Shown here piece after piece: positions 39,720-49,372 of a DNA stretch of 64,000 bases. Positions within the stretch are counted from its first letter, which is position 1. Every line of letters starts with the position of its first letter. This DNA comes from a virus (Duplodnaviria > Caudoviricetes): the IMG/VR virus record IMGVR_UViG_3300025924_000004, positions 6,834 to 70,833 of that record. One strand, 5' to 3'. Position numbers and translations under genes: made by a program. Under the pieces are notes generated by a model. That model did not search any database and was not told where the DNA came from. It worked only from the letters and a program-made list of their open reading frames with translations.

Positions 39720-41634
39720 ATTCCCGGCGTGAAACGGTTATGTCAATTATTTTAACAGGTTCTTTTCTTTTGTGATACTCCAATATCGGGTTGTAACCGC
39801 TTAATCCATTTGTACGACTAGGTACGGTTTCAAATCCAGAATAGCAGTTTACCATTTTTAAATCTACCGGGTTAGCAAAGAATGTTACTCGCCCCCCGGT
39901 TTCTGTTTCTTTAACTTTCCTCACATGAAATTCTGTGTACATCCAGTCCGTTTCATGCTGTGTAACCCGGTGTATGGTTATAAACTCGTCCGCTTTGTTA
40001 CCAAACATTACACCACCCTCGGTATCTTCTTTCTGTGGCGCACGGGTATATCCTGATTTATCCTTGTTCCTTGCGCCCGGCGTACCCACGTGGCAATTTA
40101 AATATACGGAAATATTATTTTTTTTCGCAAATAATTGTAACACACTTGCGGCCTCATAATGATAGTCATAAACGCCCTGTTTTGACTTAGCCGGAATATC
40201 GACCTTTAAAGAATTGTAAGGGTCAATCAGTAACATTTTATAGGTTTTTTTACCCATAGCCTTAACGGTCATGTTTAAAATATCCTGATAGTTGTACATC
40301 TTTTCAGAGCATTTTATAATATCGAAGTTTTCGCTTACAAATTTTTTTGCTATTTGAAACTTTTCGTCGCTCATACCATCTATTGGTTCGCTCCAATAAA
40401 ATTCAATCAACTTGCGAACTATTCCACCCACCCTATTTTCTGAACTAAATATCAAAGAACGCCACCCGTGCAATATTGCTGCAAGCATTGAAAGATACCA
40501 CGCCACCGAAGATTTACCCACGTTATCAATCCCATTTATAATAACCAAATTACCCTCTTTGAATAAAAAATGTTTGTCCAGTGTAGGTATTCCAGTAGAT
40601 TTACCCATTTCAAACGTTCCACTTCTCCACCGTTCTAAATATTCCTCATAGTCGTCTGGCGTAGCCAAAAACGATAAATCATCGTCGGATGTATCAACAA
40701 TGCTTGGAATAGATATTTCTTTGGCATCTTCAATCCGTTCTCCATATCCCTCATCATACAGCATTTTAGGAACTTTCGTAAAGTCACCACCGCATTTTAA
40801 CAGGCAATAAACCGCATAGGGTTGATATGGTGTTTGCGCTTCAAACTCTGTCGATGTGGTAAAAACACTAAACCACCTTTTTTCCTCATCATAATTACCG
40901 GAATGAATTGCTTTGGTATCCCCCGGTCTTTTAAGTAAAACTTTACTCCCTTTTCTACCAACTACCGACCATCCGTATTCACAAAGCAATCCTACAACAT
41001 CCCCTCGTTCGTTATAATCTTCGCTTGGCTTTAATCCTTTGATTTGTTTGCGCTGATTAATTACCGGGGGTCGATATTCTTTAACAACCTCATTAAAGCT
41101 ATACGCTACATTAAAAAGCGTTTCCCGCTCGGCTGGGGTTATGGTTTGAATATTTTCAAAAGTCCCGTAAATCAATTCATACCCCGGCGTAGGATAGCAA
41201 GCGATATAACCATGTTCGCCCCGTGTTTCAAAAAGTACTTTTATTTTGTCACCGTTTTGTTTTTCGGTTTCTGTGGCATATCGCTGGGCTAATTTTTTAT
41301 TACCCTCAATGGTTTCACATCGGTAAATAAAGTGATAACCGCCGCTAACTGTTTTTTGAACGGTCAATTTTTTTAGCAACTCCGGCGATATTTCGAGAAC
41401 AGTTTTTTTATACTCGGTAAACAACCTGCCCGTCAAATCATATTTTAGGTCTATGTCGATTGCTTCTACATTCCCTGATATTTTACCGCACACAAGGCCG
41501 ATACCATAGCATTTTGAGATTTCATGTTTAACCGTACTACTTTCCCATTTTTCAACCAACGGAATTTTTTTATCATTGATTGGAATGATTTGCAGTCCGG
41601 GGATGTTCTGTATGCCTGAATAGCTTTGCATCAA
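39673..41634 (-). CDS. Prim-Pol primase/polymerase fused to SF4 (DnaB/Twinkle-like) helicase
   Basis: AIDID and KTVSGGYHF (Prim-Pol); GIDNVGKS (Walker A), LLIDPYN, FGNKAD (SF4). Confidence 0.85.
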   Translation of the reverse strand: MMQSYSGIQNIPGLQIIPINDKKIPLVEKWESSTVKHEISKCYGIGLVCGKISGNVEAIDIDLKYDLTGRLFTEYKKTVLEISPELLKKLTVQKTVSGGYHFIYRCETIEGNKKLAQRYATETEKQNGDKIKVLFETRGEHGYIACYPTPGYELIYGTFENIQTITPAERETLFNVAYSFNEVVKEYRPPVINQRKQIKGLKPSEDYNERGDVVGLLCEYGWSVVGRKGSKVLLKRPGDTKAIHSGNYDEEKRWFSVFTTSTEFEAQTPYQPYAVYCLLKCGGDFTKVPKMLYDEGYGERIEDAKEISIPSIVDTSDDDLSFLATPDDYEEYLERWRSGTFEMGKSTGIPTLDKHFLFKEGNLVIINGIDNVGKSSVAWYLSMLAAILHGWRSLIFSSENRVGGIVRKLIEFYWSEPIDGMSDEKFQIAKKFVSENFDIIKCSEKMYNYQDILNMTVKAMGKKTYKMLLIDPYNSLKVDIPAKSKQGVYDYHYEAASVLQLFAKKNNISVYLNCHVGTPGARNKDKSGYTRAPQKEDTEGGVMFGNKADEFITIHRVTQHETDWMYTEFHVRKVKETETGGRVTFFANPVDLKMVNCYSGFETVPSRTNGLSGYNPILEYHKRKEPVKIIDITVSRREFELEPNYDFDAKAPF

Positions 41635-42317
41635 AAAGCGGGTTTTACTTGCCTAGTCGGCAACGGTTCATCAATCGAAAAAATAGGGGTTACTTTTTTG
41701 GGTTCATTTGAAACGTCTTTTTTCAACCACTTGCTTGCGGTAAGATAGAGTGATTTGTATTTTTTATTTTCCTTGTAATTTTCAATGTCGTCTAAAATTC
41801 CATCAATCTGATTTTTTGTAAATCCAGCGTCCTGTAGTTTAATAAATTCGTCGTGAGTTATCGCAAGATGCGCAAACTTTCTGTAGTAAGTTAAACTTTC
41901 TTTTCCACTATTAACAGGTATAGTTATATTTCCTTTAATAGCATTGCTTTCGCAATGCGTTCGCAATGCGTTCGCATTTTCCCATCTTTTCTTTGCTGAT
42001 AATGAGGTCTTTACAGATTTTTCATTTCGCTTAGATATACGCAATAATACGCTATCTGACCAGAAGTTCTCGCCATCTTTTTTGAACAAATTAAAGTCAT
42101 TAATTAAAGACGTAATGCAATCGCATTCCGTTCGCAATGCGAACGCATAGTTTTCGCATTCTGATAGTTTTAAATAGCCGTCTTGTTCATAGAGCATTTC
42201 GATTAAATCCCAAAAAATACTTTTGCCAGTATGCCCTAATTTCATCAAAACTTTTTGTAATTTAGGGTCATTACGAGCGTTATAATCGTGGCTAAAGTAA
42301 AAGGTATCCTTTGCCAT
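41631..42317 (-). CDS. replication initiator (DUF4373/Lin1244-like)
   Basis: [14 protein letters not shown]...FWDLIEML N-terminus; internal iterons. Confidence 0.75.
   Translation of the reverse strand: MAKDTFYFSHDYNARNDPKLQKVLMKLGHTGKSIFWDLIEMLYEQDGYLKLSECENYAFALRTECDCITSLINDFNLFKKDGENFWSDSVLLRISKRNEKSVKTSLSAKKRWENANALRTHCESNAIKGNITIPVNSGKESLTYYRKFAHLAITHDEFIKLQDAGFTKNQIDGILDDIENYKENKKYKSLYLTASKWLKKDVSNEPKKVTPIFSIDEPLPTRQVKPAF
41941..42160. repeat. iteron-like TTCGCAATGCG repeats (probable ori)
   Basis: tandem copies at ~41949-41976 and further copies at ~42113-42150 inside the initiator gene. Confidence 0.65.
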
Positions 42318-42319
42318 GA

Positions 42320-42595
42320 TTAAACAGTTTTTAAGTGGGCATCAACTTGTTCTTTGACTTTAGGCTTTAGCCACGTTTGTATAGTAAGCCATTGAAGATA
42401 GCGTACTTCCTCATCAGAAGTAAGGGACTTGATTTCACGACCGGAATACTTACCGAAATATAACGCCGGGGGCTGATACGCTACATTTTTGATGTATGAA
42501 CCGCAACCATTGCAAAAGGCGGTTTTATGAACACCCCTGTCTGATATTGTATAATCATCAACAAGGCCGCATTTATTACAGGAAAGAGTTTCCAT
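42320..42595 (-). CDS. zinc-finger plus DUF3820-like protein
   Basis: CNKC..CNGC; LYFGKYSG...YLQWL. Confidence 0.6.
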   Translation of the reverse strand: METLSCNKCGLVDDYTISDRGVHKTAFCNGCGSYIKNVAYQPPALYFGKYSGREIKSLTSDEEVRYLQWLTIQTWLKPKVKEQVDAHLKTV

Positions 42596-42601
42596 AAAAT
42601 T

Positions 42602-42675
42602 AAAAAAGCCCGATGTATGTTAGAGCTACAATCGGGCAATGTTTAATGCGTGTGCATGGTTTCTGTAGCTCTAAC
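42602..42675 (-). promoter_or_regulatory. structured leader D
   Basis: perfect 12-nt pair 42664-42675 with 42619-42630, in the loop of the GCCCGAT/ATCGGGC stem; T6 follows. Confidence 0.65.
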
Positions 42676-42749
42676 CTTACAAAAACTATGCCTTAATTAT
42701 TTCATAGGCTAATTTAAAATAAAAAGTTGAATTAACCAAATCTTTTTTA

Positions 42750-42947
42750 TTAATCTAAATCCCATCTTTTCTTTGCCAGTTTAACATTTTTTTCGTATTT
42801 TACACGTACAAAAACATTTTCACTACTATGATACTTCCAATAGTTTTCAGCCCATGCTTCGATACGGTCAACATGAATGTACTTCCCGGTTTTGGTGTTT
42901 AAAAACCAGTTAGCGTTCTTTTTGACGATATGGCCGGGGAGCTGCAT
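42750..42947 (-). CDS. hypothetical protein
   Basis: ORF coupled to the upstream gene. Confidence 0.5.
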   Translation of the reverse strand: MQLPGHIVKKNANWFLNTKTGKYIHVDRIEAWAENYWKYHSSENVFVRVKYEKNVKLAKKRWDLD

Positions 42948-43144
42948 TATGGATAAAGTTTAAAGTCCTTATATTTTTCACGAAATGCCCGTGAGCCAAT
43001 TTCTTTATACTCCAACATATAGTCATAAACTTCATCGGCCAAATCTTCCTGACCATATAAGTCATCACTATATTTGAGTTGTTCATAGCCATAGCCTTTT
43101 TCAGCGTACTTACTGGCTATCCAAATTTTGTCTGCGTTTTCCAT
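42947..43144 (-). CDS. hypothetical acidic protein
   Basis: ORF. Confidence 0.55.
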   Translation of the reverse strand: MENADKIWIASKYAEKGYGYEQLKYSDDLYGQEDLADEVYDYMLEYKEIGSRAFREKYKDFKLYP

Positions 43145-43174
43145 ATCATTTTTAATTTAAAACATTTCAGATTG

Positions 43175-43546
43175 TTAGTTTTGAGGTAGGTTTTGCATTT
43201 CGGATTTAATATAACTTAGCATACTCCTTAATCCGTCTATGCCATGCGTAAGTGCTGCGTTTTGGCGTTCAGTTAAGGTGACGTAATAAATCTCTAACTT
43301 TGCCCGGCCACCGAATACCATCTTTTTATCGGTAGCCGTTAATTTGGCAAATTGAGTGTCCTCTGCAAGCTCCATTAATTTTTGGTTATACTTGCCCTCT
43401 GCCACCGAAACGGCCTCGCTGGAGCTTCCTAACAGGCTTGTAAGCTCGTTCATTTTACCTAATATTTCATCAGGGTTTGAATGGTCTATCTTTTGGCTTA
43501 ACGCTGCTCCTATTTGGTCGCAAATATCTTTTAAACTATATGCCAT
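43175..43546 (-). CDS. coiled-coil hypothetical protein
   Basis: ORF in the recombination/replication block. Confidence 0.6.
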   Translation of the reverse strand: MAYSLKDICDQIGAALSQKIDHSNPDEILGKMNELTSLLGSSSEAVSVAEGKYNQKLMELAEDTQFAKLTATDKKMVFGGRAKLEIYYVTLTERQNAALTHGIDGLRSMLSYIKSEMQNLPQN

Positions 43547-44109
43547 TACTTTATCGAAATTTTATAGCCTGCCGTTTGTGTTTTCACCGGAGGGTATGCT
43601 GTATAAACCTCACCAGTTGACACGTCTACCAAATTAGCCGATTTATTAATGGCCTTTAAAAAATTCTGCCTGTCTTTAACAGCGTTGTTAGCCGATAGTG
43701 CCATTTGTTCAAGTTGGTCTAATTCGTGGTCATTACAACCCGAATAATCAAACTTTGTGCCCAACGATGCGGGTTCTATTTCACACCCGTAAAGGCTTTG
43801 TTTTTCATACTGCTTGCCGTAAACATAGTGTTTGGCGTTTTCCTCGATAGCTCCGAAAAGTTCTAAGCCCTTTTTAGCCATTATAAGCACTTCTAACGGG
43901 TCTTTGTTGCCCTCGGCTATATCAGCTATAATTCCCTGCGCTATCTCTTTTAAAGAGGCTTTAGAAGCGTTTAAAAGGCTGTTACGATTAAAGGGCAATA
44001 TCTCTTTGCGCTCGTTTAACATTTCGTTGTATTCCCGACCTTGTTCCTGTAGATTCATAAAGTCGTTTTTTGATTGTCCCATGATAAAATAAATTTGGAA
44101 TAATCCCAA
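43546..44109 (-). CDS. hypothetical phage protein
   Basis: ORF; FDYSGCND motif. Confidence 0.6.
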   Translation of the reverse strand: MGLFQIYFIMGQSKNDFMNLQEQGREYNEMLNERKEILPFNRNSLLNASKASLKEIAQGIIADIAEGNKDPLEVLIMAKKGLELFGAIEENAKHYVYGKQYEKQSLYGCEIEPASLGTKFDYSGCNDHELDQLEQMALSANNAVKDRQNFLKAINKSANLVDVSTGEVYTAYPPVKTQTAGYKISIK

Positions 44110-44147
44110 AGCATTATTAACTTTGGGATTATAAAGTTAACTAATAG

Positions 44148-44849
44148 TTAGAAAGGCAAATCGTCCTCTATATTTTCTGTAGCTGAATTGTATATTGGTT
44201 TCCCCTTTTCGTCAATAAATTCATCCTTATGAGGATTAATCATATCCTGATATTCAAGGCTGCTTACAATTTTAGCCTTAATAAAGTCAGGTTGCGATTG
44301 AAAAATATGTTCATCCCACGCATCAAAGGATAGCACTTGTGCCGGGTTAAACATTTTGGGTTTTGGTACGCTTTTTGGTAGCGGTGTAATGCCTGCAATT
44401 TGCTCATAGGTTTTAGTACCCGCATCATTGGTTTTGTGAATGATGTTAAGCAGGCAGGGTGCGCCTACCAATTTTGTTATATCAAAGTCTTGTGCTTCTT
44501 TGTCGGTAAAGGCAGCCCCGCGCCATGACTGTAAATCTTTTCTTAAATTAGATTTGTCGGTCATAAACAAGGTATACTCTTTTTCAATCGCATAGGGTTT
44601 GGCTACTTCGCCCTCTTTCCAAATTTTTAGCTCATCGGAAAGTTCCCATCCTATGCGTACCATAGGCTTTTTTGAGGTGACGCCCTGATAGACGTTATCA
44701 ATGGTGCCGATTTGTAACATCTTCCAACAAACCGCTACATAGTTGCCTGCCGGGATTAGTTCTCGTTGCTGAATTTCTTGTGCTTTAATTGCCATCGTTG
44801 TAATTTTTAAATTGTTGCTTTTTAATAATGTTAATTTACGTATAATCAT
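44148..44849 (-). CDS. SSB-like replication protein (probable start 44795)
   Basis: IPAGNYVAVC..., SNLRKDLQSWRG, FDITKLVGAPCLLNI; acidic DDLPF tail. Confidence 0.7.
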   Translation of the reverse strand: MIIRKLTLLKSNNLKITTMAIKAQEIQQRELIPAGNYVAVCWKMLQIGTIDNVYQGVTSKKPMVRIGWELSDELKIWKEGEVAKPYAIEKEYTLFMTDKSNLRKDLQSWRGAAFTDKEAQDFDITKLVGAPCLLNIIHKTNDAGTKTYEQIAGITPLPKSVPKPKMFNPAQVLSFDAWDEHIFQSQPDFIKAKIVSSLEYQDMINPHKDEFIDEKGKPIYNSATENIEDDLPF

Positions 44850-44864
44850 TTGGTTTTCAAAGTT

Positions 44865-45437
44865 TTAATGCTTATATTTATCGTCATAAAGTAAGCGATT
44901 TAGTAATAGTTCCGCTTCTTTTTTGTTCTTTGGAATTTCGATTTTAGGCAACTTTGCGTAATAGTGATTTTCGTAATGGTCGTACAATAGCCGTTTGAGT
45001 AATTTCATCTTTAAGGGCGCAACATCATTAGCGAAACCTTTAGTATCTATAATTATCGCCTCATTAAACAGCAACGGTACAAAAAAATCCACCGTCAACG
45101 TAATAGCCCTTACAGCCTCTTTGCCGTAACGAAACTTTTCTTGAAGTACATATACCTTTTGAAATTCAAATTCAATCTTAGCGCCCCGTAGCAGGTCGTA
45201 CATGTATTTTTCAAGCAGGCTATCAAATTTAACTCCGTCAACAACTGTTTTAGTAGCGTTACGTATTTTTTTGTTTTCAGAAATTGGCGCAAACGGCTCA
45301 ATTTTAATTGGGTTTGGGTCAACTAAATCTTCTGATTTTACCAACCCATTACCAACCATAATCAGCCCTTTTTTGTTCCAATCTGAAAGAGAAGTGTTTT
45401 TACTTTTGCTCATTGCCTGTATCTTTAATTTCAACAC
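44865..45437 (-). CDS. DUF1064-like PD-(D/E)xK nuclease
   Basis: VDGVKFDSLLE, VDFF...IIDTKG. Confidence 0.75.
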   Translation of the reverse strand: MLKLKIQAMSKSKNTSLSDWNKKGLIMVGNGLVKSEDLVDPNPIKIEPFAPISENKKIRNATKTVVDGVKFDSLLEKYMYDLLRGAKIEFEFQKVYVLQEKFRYGKEAVRAITLTVDFFVPLLFNEAIIIDTKGFANDVAPLKMKLLKRLLYDHYENHYYAKLPKIEIPKNKKEAELLLNRLLYDDKYKH

Positions 45438-45788
45438 TACTTATTAAAATCCATCCCAACAAATACCAACCCGAATGAAAATAGATAGCCAACACAACGG
45501 GGAGTGTTAGTCCTAAAACGATAAAAACTAAAAATATTAAATTTGTGCTTGGCTTCATTTTTGTCTATTTTTAAATTCCTGTAAACTTATGTAGTACTTA
45601 ACTTTGCCTATTTTGACGTTTTTTCCAACTTTATAAAGTGTACCAATAAACCATTGGCTTTTGTTGTTTAAGGTAATCGGTTATTTTATCAACTGGTATT
45701 GTTTTATTGGTAATCATATTTAAATAACAGCCAAATTTCTTGCAGTTATGATAACCGTAAGGCTTATAAATGATATGTGGCGGCAGTT

Positions 45789-46010
45789 TCATTTAAACAA
45801 CCTTTCCCACCATGTCCTTTTAACAGGCTCAACTTTAGGTGTATTTATTTCGGCTATCCTGCGCTTAATATGGCTGACAGGCTTTGGTTGTTCGCTGTCT
45901 ATAGGGAACTCCGGGCGTGTTAAAACAGGTTTAACATACGCTCGGTCTGTAGCCCAACTTTCTCGGGGTTCATCCTGTTTAACTACTCGTAAAGTATTAG
46001 TTGCTTTCAT
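45789..46010 (-). CDS. hypothetical protein
   Basis: ORF ending WWERLFK. Confidence 0.55.
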   Translation of the reverse strand: MKATNTLRVVKQDEPRESWATDRAYVKPVLTRPEFPIDSEQPKPVSHIKRRIAEINTPKVEPVKRTWWERLFK

Positions 46011-46192
46011 TTTAAATTAATTACAATTAAGAAAATAATCCACGCAAGGTATCCATATAAAAAGGCGGACATTTGCCACCTATCCCTAAAAAGGTAGTCG
46101 TCACGCATTGAAGGCCACCCATATCTACTAATCCAATACAGATTAAAGGAAAGCCAAATAAGGACTACCAAAACAACTGATAGGATTTTCAT
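46007..46192 (-). CDS. small two-TM protein
   Basis: hydrophobic segments. Confidence 0.55.
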   Translation of the reverse strand: MKILSVVLVVLIWLSFNLYWISRYGWPSMRDDYLFRDRWQMSAFLYGYLAWIIFLIVINLK

Positions 46193-46352
46193 ACCTTTAT
46201 CGTATTAACATTTGGACAACATACCATTGCATTATACAACAAATAAGATTTTTTACGGGCATCTATTGATTCCCTGTATTTTCCGGCATCCCAATATTCA
46301 TTAGCCAAAGCTTCCATAGCCATCCATTGTTGCCTTAAAGTTGCGTAATTGC

Positions 46353-46574
46353 TCATATCGTTTCTTGCCGTGCTTTAATTAATAATAAATCTGTTTCCAG
46401 TTCAAGTATTTCAGATGCGTTTGCGTCCAGTTCCTTTACGATACCTTTAAGTATCTTCTTTTCGGTTTTACCGCAGCGTAAACAACGCCTGTGCTTAAAT
46501 AGGTCAAGCCATTGATGACCGAATATTCTACAGCGCAGGCTCATACAGCCAAATCCTTTCCTAAGATACTCCAA
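46353..46574 (-). CDS. hypothetical protein with C-x-x-x-G-H...C-x-x-C-G
   Basis: CRIFGHQW...CLRCG. Confidence 0.55.
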   Translation of the reverse strand: MEYLRKGFGCMSLRCRIFGHQWLDLFKHRRCLRCGKTEKKILKGIVKELDANASEILELETDLLLIKARQETI

Positions 46575-46801
46575 CCCTTTGTCGATGGAATAAAGCGTTC
46601 AGCCCGTTCATCACACCATGCAGCATGAAGTTCATTTAATAGGGCGCAATTATCCGTTTCCCCCAATAGGTCGGGAGCGATAGCATTACCCGTATGAACG
46701 TCTGTCATAAACAGGATTTCGGGTTCGCCAAAGGTTATGCGATATTCAACTAACACTTCGGTAGGAATATCATTAATGTCGATTGTGGTTACAAGTTTCA
46801 T
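46541..46801 (-). CDS. hypothetical protein
   Basis: ORF. Confidence 0.55.
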   Translation of the reverse strand: MKLVTTIDINDIPTEVLVEYRITFGEPEILFMTDVHTGNAIAPDLLGETDNCALLNELHAAWCDERAERFIPSTKGWSILGKDLAV

Positions 46802-46867
46802 AGCTTTAAATTTTAGCCGTTAAAAACAGGTGGTCTGCTAACGGGGTGAAGTTTGTGGTTTGTGGTT

Positions 46868-47080
46868 TCATTTTTTATCGTGGTTTAATAATTTTGATAT
46901 TGAATAAAAAAATGTTGTCAAAATACCTATTAACATCAAGGCAAATAGTATACCATCCCACGTATTAAAATCTTTTGAATGATGTACGTTTGGGTTATGC
47001 GAGGCGTCATGTATAAGATATAATAGCACTCCACATACCTATGCCAAGTAGCTAAACCAAATCCTGTCGGATGTTTTCAT
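46868..47080 (-). pseudogene. two-TM gene with in-frame TAG at codon 14
   Basis: MKTSDRIWFSYLA*VCGVLLYLI...ILFALMLIGILTTFFY; strong start context. Confidence 0.45.
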
Positions 47081-47105
47081 CTTCTTTGTGGTTTTAAATC
47101 TTCAC

Positions 47106-47210
47106 CAAAGATAAAACAATAGGAATGACATTTGCAACAGGTATTTGTAATTTATAATCATTCTAAATTGCAAATAAATTATAATTAATTAAAAATAGTA
47201 CTTATGTTTG
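47106..47210. promoter_or_regulatory. divergent promoters
   Basis: TATCTTTG (minus, 47113-47106) and TATGTTTG (plus, 47203-47210). Confidence 0.65.
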
Positions 47211-47229
47211 TGGTGTCGAAAGACAAATA

Positions 47230-47416
47230 CGCGTTGTAGCTCAGTTGGTAGAGCATCATTCTGATATTGGATGTAAAAGAACGCCTCTAAAGAATAAAAG
47301 TAAAGAAAATATCTCTAAGGTTCGAAACTTAGGATAGAAGTAAATAAATTGTTTGAATAAAGGCCGGGAATTACTGATAACGATGGGGGTCATTGGTTCG
47401 AGTCCAGTCAACGCGA
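47230..47416 (+). tRNA. tRNA-Ile(GAU)-like gene interrupted by ~114 nt in the anticodon loop
   Basis: acceptor CGCGTTG/CAACGCG+A73; D arm GCTC-AGTTGGTA-GAGC; anticodon stem TCATT/GATGG; GGGTC; T arm ATTGG-TTCGAGT-CCAGT. Confidence 0.7.
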
Positions 47417-47417
47417 C

Positions 47418-47972
47418 ATGAAACAGATAAGGGAAACACCTGACTTAGTTTGCAAAAAACTAATCAGCAAATTGCCGATAACAGATGGGAGCAAGATTCT
47501 TGAACCGTCTATTGGCGAGGGTAAAATAATTGAATATCTATTAAAGCACTATACAATGGGTGGTTTGGATATTCACGGATTGGAATTAAATAAGGAGCGC
47601 ATGGTTAGGGCATCCGATGTTTTGTATCCGTACCGAAACGTAAGAGGCATAAAGATAAACATTCAGCAAGGGGATTTTATGGAGTATAAAGCTCCGCATA
47701 AAAATCTTTTTGATATAGTTATAGCCTGTCCGCCATTTAAAGCAGGGGCAGATTTGAGACACATTGGTAGAATGTACGAAATGCTTAAATACAAAGGTAT
47801 GATGGCATCGTTAACAAGTCCTTATTGGATAACCAATAATGAACCCCTGCAAATTGAGTTTAGAAAGTGGCTTGTCGGAAAGGATTATCAATTTGAGTTA
47901 TTGCCGGACAATACGTTTATTGAAAAAGACAAAAATCAGCCCACGGGTATATTGACAATTTATAAAAAATGA
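47418..47972 (+). CDS. class I SAM (N6-adenine-type) methyltransferase, atypical
   Basis: ILEPSIGEG motif I; motif IV reads CPPF instead of NPPF. Confidence 0.75.
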   Translation: MKQIRETPDLVCKKLISKLPITDGSKILEPSIGEGKIIEYLLKHYTMGGLDIHGLELNKERMVRASDVLYPYRNVRGIKINIQQGDFMEYKAPHKNLFDIVIACPPFKAGADLRHIGRMYEMLKYKGMMASLTSPYWITNNEPLQIEFRKWLVGKDYQFELLPDNTFIEKDKNQPTGILTIYKK

Positions 47973-48385
47973 TACCGACTAAAAATTTTCAAATAAGATG
48001 GAATGAGCCTTTAGGTGAGGATAATTGCCCCTATGCCTATAGGTGGGTTCTTATCTTATTTGGCTATTCAATACGCGTCCACAGGTGGATTAGAAGCGAT
48101 GATAAAAGATATATGCATAATCATCCGTGGTGGTTTATTACCTTTGTTTTAAGGGGTAGCTATAAAGATGTTTCACTTAATGGAGTTGAGTATTTAAAAA
48201 GATGTAGTCTTAAATACAGAAATTCAATGCACACGCATTATGTTGAAATACCCAAAGGTGGTGCATTAACATTATTAATAACCGGGAAACCTATGAACAA
48301 GTGGGGTTTTTGGATTAAAGACAGATATTTAAGACCTTTAAGATTTTTTAGTAGATATGGACATCCTGCATGTGACGAACAATAA
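47969..48385 (+). CDS. cupin-fold protein
   Basis: MHNHPW, VLRGSY, HTHYVE, TLLITG. Confidence 0.75.
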   Translation: MIPTKNFQIRWNEPLGEDNCPYAYRWVLILFGYSIRVHRWIRSDDKRYMHNHPWWFITFVLRGSYKDVSLNGVEYLKRCSLKYRNSMHTHYVEIPKGGALTLLITGKPMNKWGFWIKDRYLRPLRFFSRYGHPACDEQ

Positions 48386-48507
48386 AATCGAAGATGTTGT
48401 AGATAATATTGAAGACTACATAAAAATCTTATACGCTGATTTTAAAATACAAAAAGTGGATGCTGACCAATTAATGAAATATACAAGGCAAATAAAAGAT
48501 ATTATAA

Positions 48508-48714
48508 ATGGCACACGGAAATAAAAAATACTTTTTTGAGGAACTTAAACAGCCCGGCGACACAATATTGGCCAAACCAAACCCCTCACAGGTAAGAGTA
48601 AATGTGTACTCATTAAAAAATCAGATTAAGAACTTCTTTAAATTTAATGAACCGTTTGAGTACGAATTTGAAGAACATAAAAACGGAACTGTAACTATAA
48701 AACGCATCGCATGA
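48508..48714 (+). CDS. hypothetical protein
   Basis: ORF. Confidence 0.55.
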   Translation: MAHGNKKYFFEELKQPGDTILAKPNPSQVRVNVYSLKNQIKNFFKFNEPFEYEFEEHKNGTVTIKRIA

Positions 48715-48911
48715 AACCACATCACAAAGCCATGATTAAAGCCCTGCTCACCCGCTGGCAATTCTATTGCATCCTGCTTTTAGTAGCTACCACCTACTTG
48801 TTTTTAAAGGTAACAGAGCCTAAACAACAGGTGAAAGTAAGTAAGGTGGATGAGTCGGATACAATTTCACTTTTGCAAGGCGGTGATATTTTAAAGGGGG
48901 ATGGGAAATGA
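48711..48911 (+). CDS. small membrane protein
   Basis: one hydrophobic helix. Confidence 0.5.
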   Translation: MKPHHKAMIKALLTRWQFYCILLLVATTYLFLKVTEPKQQVKVSKVDESDTISLLQGGDILKGDGK

Positions 48912-49159
48912 AAGAAGAAATTAACCAAATAGCAGTCCGGGTAGCCATCGAACTTAGCGGATGCTTTGAAGATAACGAAAACGGATCGTCGCTTATTGAT
49001 ATGGATAACTACGAAGAAACCGTAAAGGATTTTTTGTATGGACTAATATTAGCAACGGGTGTAACGTTAGATAAATTAACCGGGAACAAAGGCGATAATA
49101 TAGATACCATTTCTATGTTAACTCGAATAGCGTTTGAATATTCAAATCAAGAATCATGA
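48908..49159 (+). CDS. hypothetical acidic protein
   Basis: ORF. Confidence 0.55.
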   Translation: MKEEINQIAVRVAIELSGCFEDNENGSSLIDMDNYEETVKDFLYGLILATGVTLDKLTGNKGDNIDTISMLTRIAFEYSNQES

Positions 49160-49372
49160 AAAAAGCAGAACAGGCAATACAGCAATGGATTATTGATAAT
49201 TATAAAGATAATCCAAGTTATATAATACTTAATTGTGCGGAACATGGCGTCTTTGCGAGGATAAAATCTGACGATAATAAAACCTGTCCGCATTGTAAAA
49301 AAAAATGTAACGTATACAAATTAACCTAAAAAAAAGCACCCACACCAATAAGGGGGCATAAACAAATAGAAA

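Noticed and set aside
47285-47319. CTCTAA(A/G) heptamers in the tRNA insert as an amber-suppressor anticodon loop
   Set aside because: The first has no flanking stem and the second lies within a stem; such motifs are expected by chance in A/T-rich sequence
47230-47416. tmRNA or group I intron
   Set aside because: No G3-U70, a full D stem is present, the insert is only ~114 nt, and no P7 core is recognisable
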